The position numbers were made by a program, and so were the translations under genes. From Selaginella moellendorffii (lineage: Eukaryota; Plantae; Lycopodiophyta), in the NCBI RefSeq assembly GCF_000143415.4, contig NW_003314357.1:190967-254966 (forward strand): 64,000 nt of DNA, read 5' to 3'. Under the pieces are notes generated by a model that saw only the letters and a program-made list of their open reading frames with translations, had not been told where the DNA came from and did no database searches. Positions 48,001 to 59,668 of this stretch are shown here, piece by piece. Numbering within the stretch: position 1 is the first letter of the stretch; the number at the start of each line of letters is the position of its first letter.

Positions 48001-50554
48001 CCACATCACCAGGCCGGATCCGGATCAGGTTGTATGCTCCACGGAGGTCGATCTTGGTGAAGAAGCGGGCACCGCCGAGACATTCCAACAGGTCCGAGAT
48101 CAGGGGCAGCGGATAACGGTTCCGAACAGTCACCTTGTTCAAACCTCGGTAGTCGATGACTAGCCGCAAGCTCCCATCCTTCTTCTTGACAAAGAAGACA
48201 GGCGCTCCAGTCGGGGACTGCGAATGCTGAATGTAGCCCGAGGCAAGGTTCTCATCCACGTACTCTTTGAGGGCCTTAAGCTCGGATGGGGATAACCCGT
48301 AGATAGGCCCCCACGGAGGTGACGCTCCTTCCTGTAAATCAATGGGACAATCATAAGGCCGATGAACAGGCAGTACACTAGCTTTTTTCTTGTCAAACAC
48401 ATCCCCAAAATCATGAAGGAAGACTGACAGGAAAAACATGCAAAGCAAAAAGAAAAAGAGGTTCTTCATGAAGGAGTTCTTTCATAGTGATTGTGGAAAT
48501 AGGAGGAGGCGTACGACTAAATGGAATGATGAGACGAGGATACAGTCCAGTGTAAGATGGAAGAGAGGAAAAAGAAGAGGGTGAAAACTTTATAGAGTCA
48601 GGAATAGAACCCCGATTTGAGTTTAGGGAACTTTTCCTAATTCGGACTCGATGAACAGTAGGGGAAGCCGTGGGAGAGATGAGCAGTAATTCCTTCCAAC
48701 AGATTTGAGGCTGATGTAGTTGGAACCAAGGAAGACCGAGCACCACAGAGGAGGACTTGCTGTTGATGATGTTGAAGGTGATATCGGTGACGGTGGACCC
48801 GATGTGTACTCGAACGGGCAATGTTTCCCTAAGTCCAGAAGATGGAGACACAAAATGCCCGCCGATGCCTTCAACCCTCAAATCCCGTATGGTAGGAGAA
48901 AGAGGAACGTGATGTCGGGCAGCAAAGTCCGTGTCCATGAAGCAGGAAGTTGCACCCGAGTCCAGTAACGCCAGAGCCTTGAGTCCTGATTGTCCGGTGA
49001 AAGAAAGGAGACATGGGACGCGGAAGTTGCGGGAATTGGTGGTGGCTTTGATAAAAGGTGGTGAGGAGCTTGATAAAGAAGAAAAGTGATTTTTATTCAG
49101 GGAGTCCAAACAGACAGCTCCTACTCTGTTTGGACAGGGTCGTTTCCCGACTATAATAGAGGTGGACTTTGAGGCAGAGTGAACTCGAGCAGTCGAGGAG
49201 GCTTCTTGGGACATACAGCTGCTTTGTGATTAGGATCAGCACAATAGAGGCAAAGATTATGAGATATTCAACGTTGCTTCTTAGCAGGACTCAACTTCTC
49301 TCTAATGAGTCGGGGAGTACCAGAAATATCCATCGGAACCGGAGCAGTAGGTTTAGGAGTATGCCCCGAAGACTCAAGCTGGGATTCCTGAGTCTGGGAC
49401 GGAAAAACAGCGGCGCGGCGACTTTCCTGACGACGTTCAAAGAGATGATTGTCACATCGAACAGCTTTGTTGATGGCATCCGACAGGTCCTTGGGATCCT
49501 CTATGGTGAGCAACAAATCCTTGACACCGTTGTTGAGGCCGAAACGAAATTGGTCAATCAGGGCCCACTCATCCCACTAAGTGTCCAAAGCAAGGAGTTG
49601 GAACTCAGCAGCGTAGATCGAGGCAGGACGAGACCCCTGAGAGAGACGTCTCATCTTTGTGGTAGCAGCCTGAACCCGATCCGTCTCGCCAAAACATGCT
49701 TCGAGCTTCTCTTTGAACAATTGAAGATCTATCAGTTCTGGAACCACAACCCCTTTCATGCTCTTCTCCAAAAGAGGAGAAAACCATGACAAAGCTACAC
49801 CTTCGAGCAACGTCCCAATCGCGCCGATTTGAGACTCGGGAGTAGGGTACCGCCGATGTTGAAGTGCGAAGATCAACTCCATCTAGTTCAGGAATCCGCG
49901 AAGCTCCGAACACTTGCCTAAAAATTTCGCTGGGAAGCTCACCTTCGGTTCAGGAACTTTGCTGGATCCTTGAGCTGAAAGTGAAGCAAGCTCCTGTTGC
50001 ATGCGAAGAAGGGTCGCCTTCAGCTCGGTATTCTCAAATTGGATTTTTGCAAGGACTTCAGCAAAGAAATCAGGATGGCTTGGAGACTCCATTGGCAAGA
50101 AGAAAGAAAAAAGGGGGAAAAAAAAAGGCAAAGGTAATCAAACAATCAAAACGAGTTAAATCAAAAAACGAAAAAGCACAATTTGAATCAAACTGTCAAG
50201 ACCCCTGACAAGATCAAGACTGGAAAATGCAAAAAGACAAAGAGAAAAGCTAGTGGAAACAAAGAAGAGGCCTTAGACTGGCGTTGATTCAGATTGTGGA
50301 GAAATGGAACAAGGCTAACCTATATATACTATAGGTTGATGAAGCTCCACCACTCTTGGATCAAGGACGGCCTAAATATAGCTGAGGTCGAGGAGGCGCC
50401 ACATCATCATCAGGAATGTGGCTCGAGACTCAGGAATCGGGAAGTGTCTCGAGAGTCAGGAATAGGGAAGTGTCTCGAGAGTCAGGAATGTGGTCTGCAG
50501 GTCAGAAATCCGGCGAGAGTCAAGAATGTGGCAAGAATTGGGGGATTCCTGACA
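45041..50554 (-). mobile_element. Full-length Ty3/gypsy chromovirus, Tcn1/Tf1-like (element D)
   Basis: 361-bp LTRs 45041-45401 and 50194-50554 (about 11 differences by eye; the left TG has mutated to AG). 5-bp TSD ATAGT. PPT gaggagggggtgc. No tRNA-type PBS. Confidence 0.94.
45413..50092 (-). pseudogene. gag-pol of element D (gag, protease, RT, RNase H, integrase, chromodomain), frameshifted
   Basis: PMDI; LLDSGA; YLDD; EADASD; SAYHPQTDGQSER; LGPF; chromodomain EYEVQDILDS..YLVDWKGYRPEERTWEP. Confidence 0.92.
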
Positions 50555-51710
50555 ATAGTAGACACAATAAAAAGAATACTTCAACATTAAAATAAAATAA
50601 GTACTGACTAAAATGATATATTTCATAACTTAAAATAGAAAAGTTGAATAGCTCTAGCTATTCTAATTTGTAAATTAATTTTTGTTTTCAAATAAACTTA
50701 TGATACTTATTACACATTCATCAATGAATCTAATCACATTGAGTTGTATAATATCTAAATTATATTATGTTTAGCTATGTATGTTATCAATATGAATATG
50801 TTAAAAATTGATTACAACTCTTTGAAATTACTAAATCATCAGAAATAAACACGATGCTCCCAATGTAGTTGGGACTTTTGCTAGTACTCCCTTATTTAAA
50901 AGTGCTATTAGCATATGGCATTTTTTATTCCATTCTAAGAATATTGAATTTTACTTAAGGATGCTCCTAATCAGATAGATTAGATTTGTTACTCTCCAAA
51001 TGGAGGGTTACAATTCTTACATGTGGCAAAGAGGTGGTGACGATTGAAATCACCTCTTGGGTTGTAATCTTTTAGGGTAGATTGTGGGGGGCAGATTGTG
51101 AAAGTGCTTTTATTCTTGAGGAATAGTGCAATGTTCTTGTTCTATTCATGATCTATGGCTATAGCATATTTAGTATAAATGCTGGCAGGGACAGAGCACC
51201 AGTGTTCCTGGAAAGGGTGATGGAGTGACGTGGGAGGTGAAGCAACTGGCAGAGGAGGAGCTACAGGGATGTTGGTGGAGTTGCTGTTGGCAAAGGTAGC
51301 AAAGAGTCATCGCTAGAGGAGGTGAGGTGTGGCCTAATGAAGGACGTGGGCAGAATGAACTATGGCTCCAAGCTTGTTATGCAGTCACCAACATCCCGTT
51401 CTTTCCAGATTTTTTGTAGCCAACAGCAAAGGCAAGATCAATGAAGAAAGCCCATGCAAGCCTCTGTAATGGACGTGAGAATTATTTTATTGGATGCCTC
51501 TGGTGGAACAAAAGAGAGTCTCTGCCAAAGGAGGAGCTTTCCCGATCCCTTCTCTCTCTCTCTCTCTTTCACACACACACACACACACCTCGATATCTTC
51601 TATTCTTACAGCACTCCCTATTTTCCTTTCTCTATGCTGATGGAGTGTCAGTTGCTCATATTATCAGGGATTTATACAGCTTAATGGCTGTGTCATTCCA
51701 TTGTCTGCAG

Positions 51711-51960
51711 TGATTGGAGCTTTGGAAGCTTGGTGAAGTCTTTGACATCCAAGTTAAGGCTCTCGCAAGTTTCACATGAACTTAAAACATTTCCTTGTTT
51801 TTCAGTCGGAGGAAGTCTTGCAAGTGTTGGCACTGGATTAAAGCAAGAGACCACTGTTGCTACTTTGGTCACTGCTCATGCTGTGAAGGATCTCCCAATT
51901 TCCGTGCAAACTCCCTCACACACCCTCACTCCTCTTGCCCAGAATCCCCTCAAAATCCTT
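51711..51960 (+). pseudogene. Fragment resembling the N-terminus of plant BSD-domain-containing proteins
   Basis: cag|DWSFGSLVKSLTSK / SEEVLQ..VGTGLKQETTV..AHAVKDLPIS resembles the WSFGGLIKTL..KSESV..FGSGLKKET..RAVKDLP segment recalled for plant BSD proteins. Frameshifted and isolated. Confidence 0.55.
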
Positions 51961-54900
51961 CAGCTTCCCGGCCGTTGCAAACATATGCTACTGCAGCAAT
52001 CTGTGGTGAGATTCAAGCCGTGGTGTGCAAAGCACCACTCAGGTAAAATCGAAAAGCTTTCTACCAAAATGATTTTTGATGGACTGTGACTGCTCATGAA
52101 TTACTTGAAGCCAGGGTTTTATTCAAAGCTACTTTTTGGCATTTTGAATAATTATGACTGTTTAATTAAGCATAACCCTTGAACCTTTAACCCTGCAAGA
52201 GAAAATATTTGATGGCGATTTGATGCATATTCAGGTTTTCAGGGCTATTACTGACATACATGGATTAAGGGTTTTCATTCAAGCAACTTGCGGGTTCTTT
52301 GAATTCCTTTAATTTTTAGGCTTCTTAAGGAAATTGTCGGCCCAGCCACTGCCGGCAACAGACTTTTCAAATGACACTAATTTGTATTAAAGCTTAACAT
52401 TTTCTCTGCCAAAAAGTCATTTCAAATGGCTTTTTGGCAGCCGAATAAAACACTGCTTAAAGCTGTTGGCCAGAAAATAGAAGATTTTGAAAGCTCGGGT
52501 TGATGAAGGTAAGCACTGCCTTGGTAAGAAGGCCTTCTTCATATATTCTATGTATAACAAGAACAAGCATGAGGATTGGAGCAATGTTCAATTCTTTGGA
52601 CGGGGTTGTACCTTGGCTTGTTTATCTTATCCACGAATTTGTTTTTAATTAAAAAATTGAGCTTCATCTTGATGGTGAGCATGTCAAGAAAGCTTTAATA
52701 GCATGCTTTATAAGTTTTTTGAGAAGAAAATACTAACAAATTGTACCTTGTACTTGGTGAAGAGAAATTTTGGTTATATTTGCAGCAAACCAGAAGAGAA
52801 AGATAGTGGCAAACACCTTTTCCACATTTACTTCCTCTTGCTCACTGTACAGACAGTGTACAGCCTCGATTGGTGATGGCAAATCCAACATGGGACGAAT
52901 TGGCTGTATCCCATCAAAGGTTGTAGCATTTTCATGCCATCACTTGGATGGCTCTTATCAACCATGGGAATTGATAGCTTAATCATAAGAAATTATGGAA
53001 TGTTATTCACATGTTGAATTTGGTCTTCACAGGTATTTTGTTTTGGAGCAAACACTCTTTCCAGTAAAGTCCTTATCTTTTTATTGCTATCTATTTTGTA
53101 GGTACCACATTGATCCACATGTTGTAGCTCTACCACCTTTTCTGGGACATTTCCAACTTCTTGAGGATGTTCATTTGCTCTAGAGCAGCAAGCTTCCTTT
53201 GGTGTGTTATTTCTTTGAGGGCTGGAATGGATCCATTTTACCTCATGTACCAAAAAAAGCATTCCACCTAAGACTGACATTGATTTTGCATTTCAAACTA
53301 AACTATGTGAGCTTCGATGGAGTATGCAGAAAAGTTGGACAGTGCTGGAGAGGGAATTGATTCTTCCTCAAGATCATTATGCCATCCCTGGTTGATCAGT
53401 TTCTCCTTTGCTGACCATTCTTTGGGGGAGTCTGCTGGAGTAGCTTCTGATGAAGATGGAGATAAGGGATGCTCAAGATCATCAGTGCCACGGCTGCCAA
53501 TCACATTTGTTGTTAGTTTTAAACTCTAGAGATGGAACATACTAAAAGATAATGACATTCTCTGTGTTTATGAGCACAAATAGGTATGCTTTAGTAAAGG
53601 TTTCTCACAAAGCTCACTAGTTTCCTTTTTCCTATTGTTTGTCACACATGGAGTCAAGCCAATGGCCCAGTGCCAATATCTTGGTTCACTCCTCAAGCAG
53701 GCCATGATGACAGCAAAGCACATTATTCGCATAGCCAACTCTATCCATTTAAATGTAGAAATGCTCTAATGTTTATTTGGACAGGCACCCTTATCCTTGG
53801 ATGAGTGCATTGCAAGTTCATGGCTTTGGAGACTATATCAAGATCTTTTGACAATCTTGTAGCCTTTCAAGGTGCGGATCACACAATGCAATGTGATTCT
53901 AATGCTCTTTTGCTTGCATTTTCTCTTTTCTTTCAGAAGAATCTCTATTGTTTCTATGATTAATCATAAAGAACTTAGTAGAATAAGAGGTTAAGATCTA
54001 TATTTTCAATAACATTGAGACTTCTTGCTTATGTTGGTAGCCATGAGTGTTTTCTTGAATGCACAGTAATCACATGTCTTAAAAACTTTATATATATATA
54101 TATAGGATTTTATAAGCAATCACAATTGTTATACTTCTATGAATATATCAATCAGAAACATAAGAATATAATGTTATTAAACATTCATTTTTTACTTTGA
54201 TTTTAAATCCTTTGATTGGGATACCTGTCTCCAACTATAAATGGTATAGCTTTTTTTAAAGAAATCTTAATATTGCAACTGAAAAACTATTAACCACAGT
54301 GAAATAATAAAATATACAAATAATAATTTTAGAAATCAATAAGTATATTTTTAAAAGTATTTTAAATTTTATCAATACATATAGATAATGATTCAATAAC
54401 TGAGACTAATAATGTTAGATGGATTTATCTAGTTTCTAGTTTAATACATTTAAATTTTCTATATTATTATAAGAAAGTTTTGTTAAATTTGATAACATTC
54501 TTTGATACCATCACACTATGCTATAAGGGATACATGTTTGGCATCATCATATTAGAAAAATCCCCTCCTAAGACGTCCCTCAGGCTCTGGCCTTTTCTCC
54601 TGAGCATTTGCAATGAGCTGCAAGCAATTAACATTTCTAAATATATAGTGAGTAGTATATAGTTTTATATATACAACATGACAAGGGGATCACGAGCCGA
54701 ATATTCTTTGCGCACCAAGTCCCGTTACGCGTTCGATTCCTGCGGGTGTCCCTTTCTGGGGTTTAATTTCTCTCTCTTGTTCTTGTTCGGGGTGGATGAG
54801 GATCGCTGGAGGCGAGAATGTGAAGCTCTTCGATGTCGCCAGGGTTGCGCTGGTGGAATCACGCGAGTAAGATCTGCCTGCATTGCGCGACGATATGTCG

Positions 54901-55324
54901 TTGTTTTCCTTTCCTTCCAGAGATCGTCAAGCTTCTAGGATCTGTGCGGCAGGCATCCTCGAGACGTTTCGTTTAGCTCAAAGTCGTGGAGAGATCGTCG
55001 TTGGAATCTGGGGCATGCAAAGCTCCAGGGATGATCACGCAAAGACGAGCACCTCCTTCGATCAGGTAAAGCTTTCCTCCCTTTGTTCCTGGTCACGTAG
55101 TGAGCTTTTGCCATGCTTCCTCATAGAGTTTTTGTTCGGCCGAGCAGAAAGCTTGACGATGGATCGGTGCATCTAGTACTGGAGGCAGTCCAAAGGTATG
55201 TTTGGGTCGCTCGCTTTCTTCATTGACACGCGGCCGAGGAAGGCAGGTGGTCTTTCCAGGAAAAAATAGAGCTGGAAAGCGAGCTCGAGCAACCTCTCGA
55301 GGGCGAGAGGTAAGTATGAGGTCG

Positions 55325-56238
55325 CTACAACTTGAGGCCCTGCCACGACTCGAGGGCCACAAAGAACCTCTGCCAACCGAAGTAGACCCCCTCTATGATG
55401 AGAGCAGTCAGGTCCCTGGGCTCGTGGTCATCCTCGCGAGCACTCTCGAAGCACTTGAGGCCCGGTCTACAAACTCGTGCTGGCGGCCAGCGCCAGCAGC
55501 GAACAAGACATTGGGGAACACAGCCACGCTGCGAAGCAAGTAGGCCAGCATCATCCTCCCGCATCGCCCATTCCCATCCACAAACGGATGGATGCACTCA
55601 AACTTGTAGAAGAAGTCCGAGGCCAGCACCAGGAGCTGCTCCACCGTCTTGCAGCTCCTTGTCGTCGCCTCCTCCTCAAAGAGCCGCTCCACATCCGCGT
55701 TAGTCTTGCTCACCAACTTGGACAACTTGGGCCGGATTGCCCAGGCATCCGCGTAGAAGTGCTGCCTTCCGCTGCTCGTGATCGTCATTGCAACCTCGCT
55801 GCCGGAACGAAACAAGCCTGCGATCTCCGGCCTGCTCGGCTCCATAAGAAGCTCGTGTGACTGCCTGAGCTTGTAGTTGTTGACGCTGGGAGCCTCCTCG
55901 GCCTTCTCCTCCTGGAGCCACCATGCGTTGAATGCTCGGGACAGGCAGCGGACTTGTTCCAATCTCTCGTCTGGAGCCACCACTTCGTGGAGCTGCTCCA
56001 GGGCGTGGAGTGTTTGGTCCCGGGTATCAAAGCCTTCCAGCTCCAGCTTGTTCACCTGGAAGAGGAAGTCGGCCATAGCGTCGCGCTGCCCGTACACGTC
56101 CAGCGCCCATGCTTTGGCATCGCCGTCCAGGGCCTGGAACCTCTTCACGTACCCACAAATGGCGTCCACCATGCTGCTCGTCGCCGGGGCTCCGTCGCCA
56201 TCGCACCTCCAGAAGGGCCTCTCCGCGTATCGCCCCAT
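55325..56238 (-). pseudogene. Fic-A copy 2, frameshifted after the catalytic motif
   Basis: Identical to 28411-29331 except for loss of TAGACAT (28547-28553) at 55460/55461. The C-terminal helices are replaced by a short missense tail (276 aa). Confidence 0.88.
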
Positions 56239-56735
56239 CTATATGCCCTAGCCTCAACCCAGAAGGGCCCCCTTTTATACAGCCAAGGTTTGAAAAGGGG
56301 TACATTTGAATTTCCCGGGCTTTGACACGCGGCACGCGATAATTGGCTGTCGGCGCAAGCTCATTCTTCAGGGCTTGGCGAGGCGACGGCGTGAGCGCGA
56401 TGGCGATGGCGATGGCGATGGCGCTGGCGGGGTGAACGATTGATCCAGCGCCAGCGCAGGGTAGGCGCTTCGGTCGATCACAACGAAATTTCATAGTTTC
56501 TTGCTCTAGATCGCTCCCTGTTAGCTGGATCGGGCCGGCTCAGCGTCAGCGATCGATTTCTCCTCTCGCCCCGGGTGTGTAGCGCTCAGCTACCTTTTCT
56601 TGCTGCAGAGCTAGGATCCAAGAGCAACTCGCGGCCTGTGTAGGTATGGAGATCGATATTGCCATATTTCCAACGATTCCATGAAATGCACCTTCCTAGG
56701 GTCACAGGACTTGTGAATTTCTCTCGGCTGGTATC

Positions 56736-57563
56736 ATGGATGGGCGGCGCGCGGCTCTGAATCTCGTCCGAAGTGCTGGTATGCATTTCGATCTCTCAAC
56801 CTCGTATAGTGTTTGCTTATATTGCAGTGAGGAAACCAAGGGGAAAAGCTGGCAAGGAGAAGGAGCCAGAACCACTGCTTACACCGTCCAACCACGCAGG
56901 CTTCTGGTATGTCTTATGTCGCAGCTCTCTCCACGTACTTATCCAATCTACTCCAGGTTTGAGGCCTTCTGGGACACCCAAGCTATCAAAGTTGCTACGT
57001 CCCATGGCTTGGACGATCCTGCTCGATCCGCAGGGCTCTTGAGAGGTCTTGCCGTCATCAGGTCCTGGCCGGAGAGCTCACCCATCACGACCCTGCAGCT
57101 GTTACAACTGCACGAAGCTTTACAGCTGACACCGGTCTCGGCATTCCGCAGTTATGGTGCCATGTCCTCTGCTGGAAAGAGTTACGCACATCCCCGAGAC
57201 ATCCAGGTCAAGATGCGGAAGTTCCTGGACCGTCTCAATGCAAGCATCGCGGAGCACAGCAAGAGCAAGATGAGCATCGCCAAATGGGCCTCCACGGTCG
57301 CAAGGCTCATCATCGACTTCGAGAAGATCCATCCGTTTGAAGATGGTAATGGGCGTGTTGGACGCCTGCTTGCGCTGCACCTGCTGCGTCGCATTTCAGC
57401 CTTCCCAGCGGCCTTCTTCACTGCAGCTGAGCACGGATCCCGGGACAGGTTCATCACTGCTTTCGAGGAGGATGACGAAGACGAGCTGGCAAAGATTCTA
57501 CTCGGCAGCCTCCAGGGAACAGACGCTGCATGGAGAGAGTTCCTTAAATCGAAGCTCCAGTGA
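56736..57563 (+). CDS. Fic-B copy 2, intact
   Basis: Same translation as 29829-30656; one synonymous difference noticed near 57530. Confidence 0.9.
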   Translation: MDGRRAALNLVRSAGMHFDLSTSYSVCLYCSEETKGKSWQGEGARTTAYTVQPRRLLVCLMSQLSPRTYPIYSRFEAFWDTQAIKVATSHGLDDPARSAGLLRGLAVIRSWPESSPITTLQLLQLHEALQLTPVSAFRSYGAMSSAGKSYAHPRDIQVKMRKFLDRLNASIAEHSKSKMSIAKWASTVARLIIDFEKIHPFEDGNGRVGRLLALHLLRRISAFPAAFFTAAEHGSRDRFITAFEEDDEDELAKILLGSLQGTDAAWREFLKSKLQ

Positions 57564-59218
57564 TCTCGAACAGGAAGACAGGGGAAAGTTTGTCCTGGTA
57601 TTTTTTTTCTTTTCTACTTCTTTACATGACTACGCTAGAACTTCTGCATTGTCCAATAAAAAGCTGTGAACCAAGACAACTCAAAAACTTTCCTTGAGCA
57701 CAACTATCCATGGCATGCTCCAGTGAAAACTAGCAATGGATGCTTTCGTGAGGACAGATCCCCTTCGTTTACAGCTTTGCTATAAGATGGGGCTTACCTG
57801 ACTAACGTGTCATGCATGAATATTTGCTGGACGAGCTCGTCTATGGAATCGCTCTCGCCTTTTCGCTGCCTGTCTGACAGTGGCTTACCAGCCTTGCCTT
57901 GCTCACCACTATCTCCGGAAATCCAAGTCTAAACGGGCCGCAGGTGACACATCTCAAACTTGGCTCCCTGCTCTTGAGGTTAGCCTTTATCGACTTACTA
58001 ATGTTCGATCGACCTTCGCTCCAAGCCACTGTTCTCGCATCAGACCATCCAACATAGATAGAAAAGTCCTCCCATGCTCATCTCATGGCCATCTTGGAAA
58101 CCTGGAAGTTGGCTCGGGCTTTTGGAGCCACCACGGAAGCTGTAAACTCTGGGTTGGGCTGGGGGCTACGTAAGCGTTGGTGACCAGCACCAACACTTAG
58201 CACATGGTAAGCAGCACCAACCTTTTTGCTTGGAAACCACAGGCACAAACCCCGGTGGTGACGATCGTCCGGACTGGAATTGCCCTCCTTTCAATTGCGT
58301 AGTACTCCATCACGTAGAGAAGGGGGTAGTGATGGCTTATATCAATTGTTTTGTCCCTGAAGAAAAGACATAGACTCGATGATTGACGGGCATGGATTTC
58401 TTGGCAAGGAGCTCTAATATATCCTAACATGTGTCTCTTATAGCATATCAAAGAATGTTATCAAATTTAACAAAACTTTCTTAGACAGAAAATTAATAAT
58501 ATAGAAACTATAATTGTATTAAACTATAATTTTTAAATTAACATCCAGTGAAACTGAAACTCATATACTCATATGTTAAATGTAAAAGCCAATACTTATT
58601 CTAGGCACATGCTTAAGATCTAACAGCTGAAAACTAATTATAATTGCCTTAATACAATAGATTGCTCTATATTATTATTCTTATCTAATATTGTTTTTTT
58701 TTGCTATAAAAGAAATATGTTAAAATATATTTATAAGAAAACTAAATTTTATTTTTTATAGTAATTGCAATAGATGTTGTTGATTTATGTTTTATAATTT
58801 TTATATTAAGATATTTAACATATCACTTTAAAAAATTTAGTGTGTTTTTATTTGTTTTCATTTGAGGTGATTGGTATATATCTTTGATAAGTCCATTACA
58901 AATTATGATTATAATGTGGTGTATCAACTTACTTATAAATAAATAAATCTAACGTATGCTATGAGTGTCAAATGTCTTTAATTTTGTTAAACATTTCTTT
59001 GCTATTAATTATGGGTCATATTTTATTTTTATAAATTATTTTCTAATTAGAACTTATTCTTTTAGATATAAAGTTTAAAATTCTTAGATTTTGTACGCTC
59101 TAAGTTTTAACTATAAAAACAACTATATGATCTAGGAATGTTTCATGTTCTTACAACTTGGCTTGACTCGTGATTTATTAATAATATTATTAAGTACAGG
59201 TAGATGTTGGACACCAAA

Positions 59219-59318
59219 NNNNNNNNNNNNNNNNNNNNNNNNNNNNNNNNNNNNNNNNNNNNNNNNNNNNNNNNNNNNNNNNNNNNNNNNNNNNNNNNNN
59301 NNNNNNNNNNNNNNNNNN
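59219..59318. other. Assembly gap (100 N)
   Basis: Run of N. Confidence 0.99.
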
Positions 59319-59624
59319 CATTGGCTAGATTGATCAGTTTGGTACCTTCTACTTTTCCAGCAATCTTTTAAAGTTTATAAATAATTGTATGGAAAACATA
59401 AAATTACTTATAAAATTTCTCCATAAAATTATTTTAAGCATGGACAACTTCAAGAAGTGAGACCATATGAGTCTAAATTATTTTTAAAAATAGATACCAG
59501 TTATAAAAAGATTTAAATTATAAAATAAATTATTAATTAAAAACATAGATCTAGCACATTACTATGTAGATAATAATATTAACATATTTTATATATGATA
59601 ATATATTTACAGTAATACAATAAC

Positions 59625-59668
<44 letters not shown>

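Larger units (their letters stand above)
53009..59218 (+). repeat. Direct segmental duplication, copy 2 (partner 27080-32345); ends at the assembly gap
   Basis: Near-identical to 27080-32345. Confidence 0.95.

Noticed and set aside
52780-53900. Short minus-strand ORFs (95 and 68 aa) at the start of the duplicated block
   Set aside because: No recognisable domain and multiple stops; probably decayed sequence.
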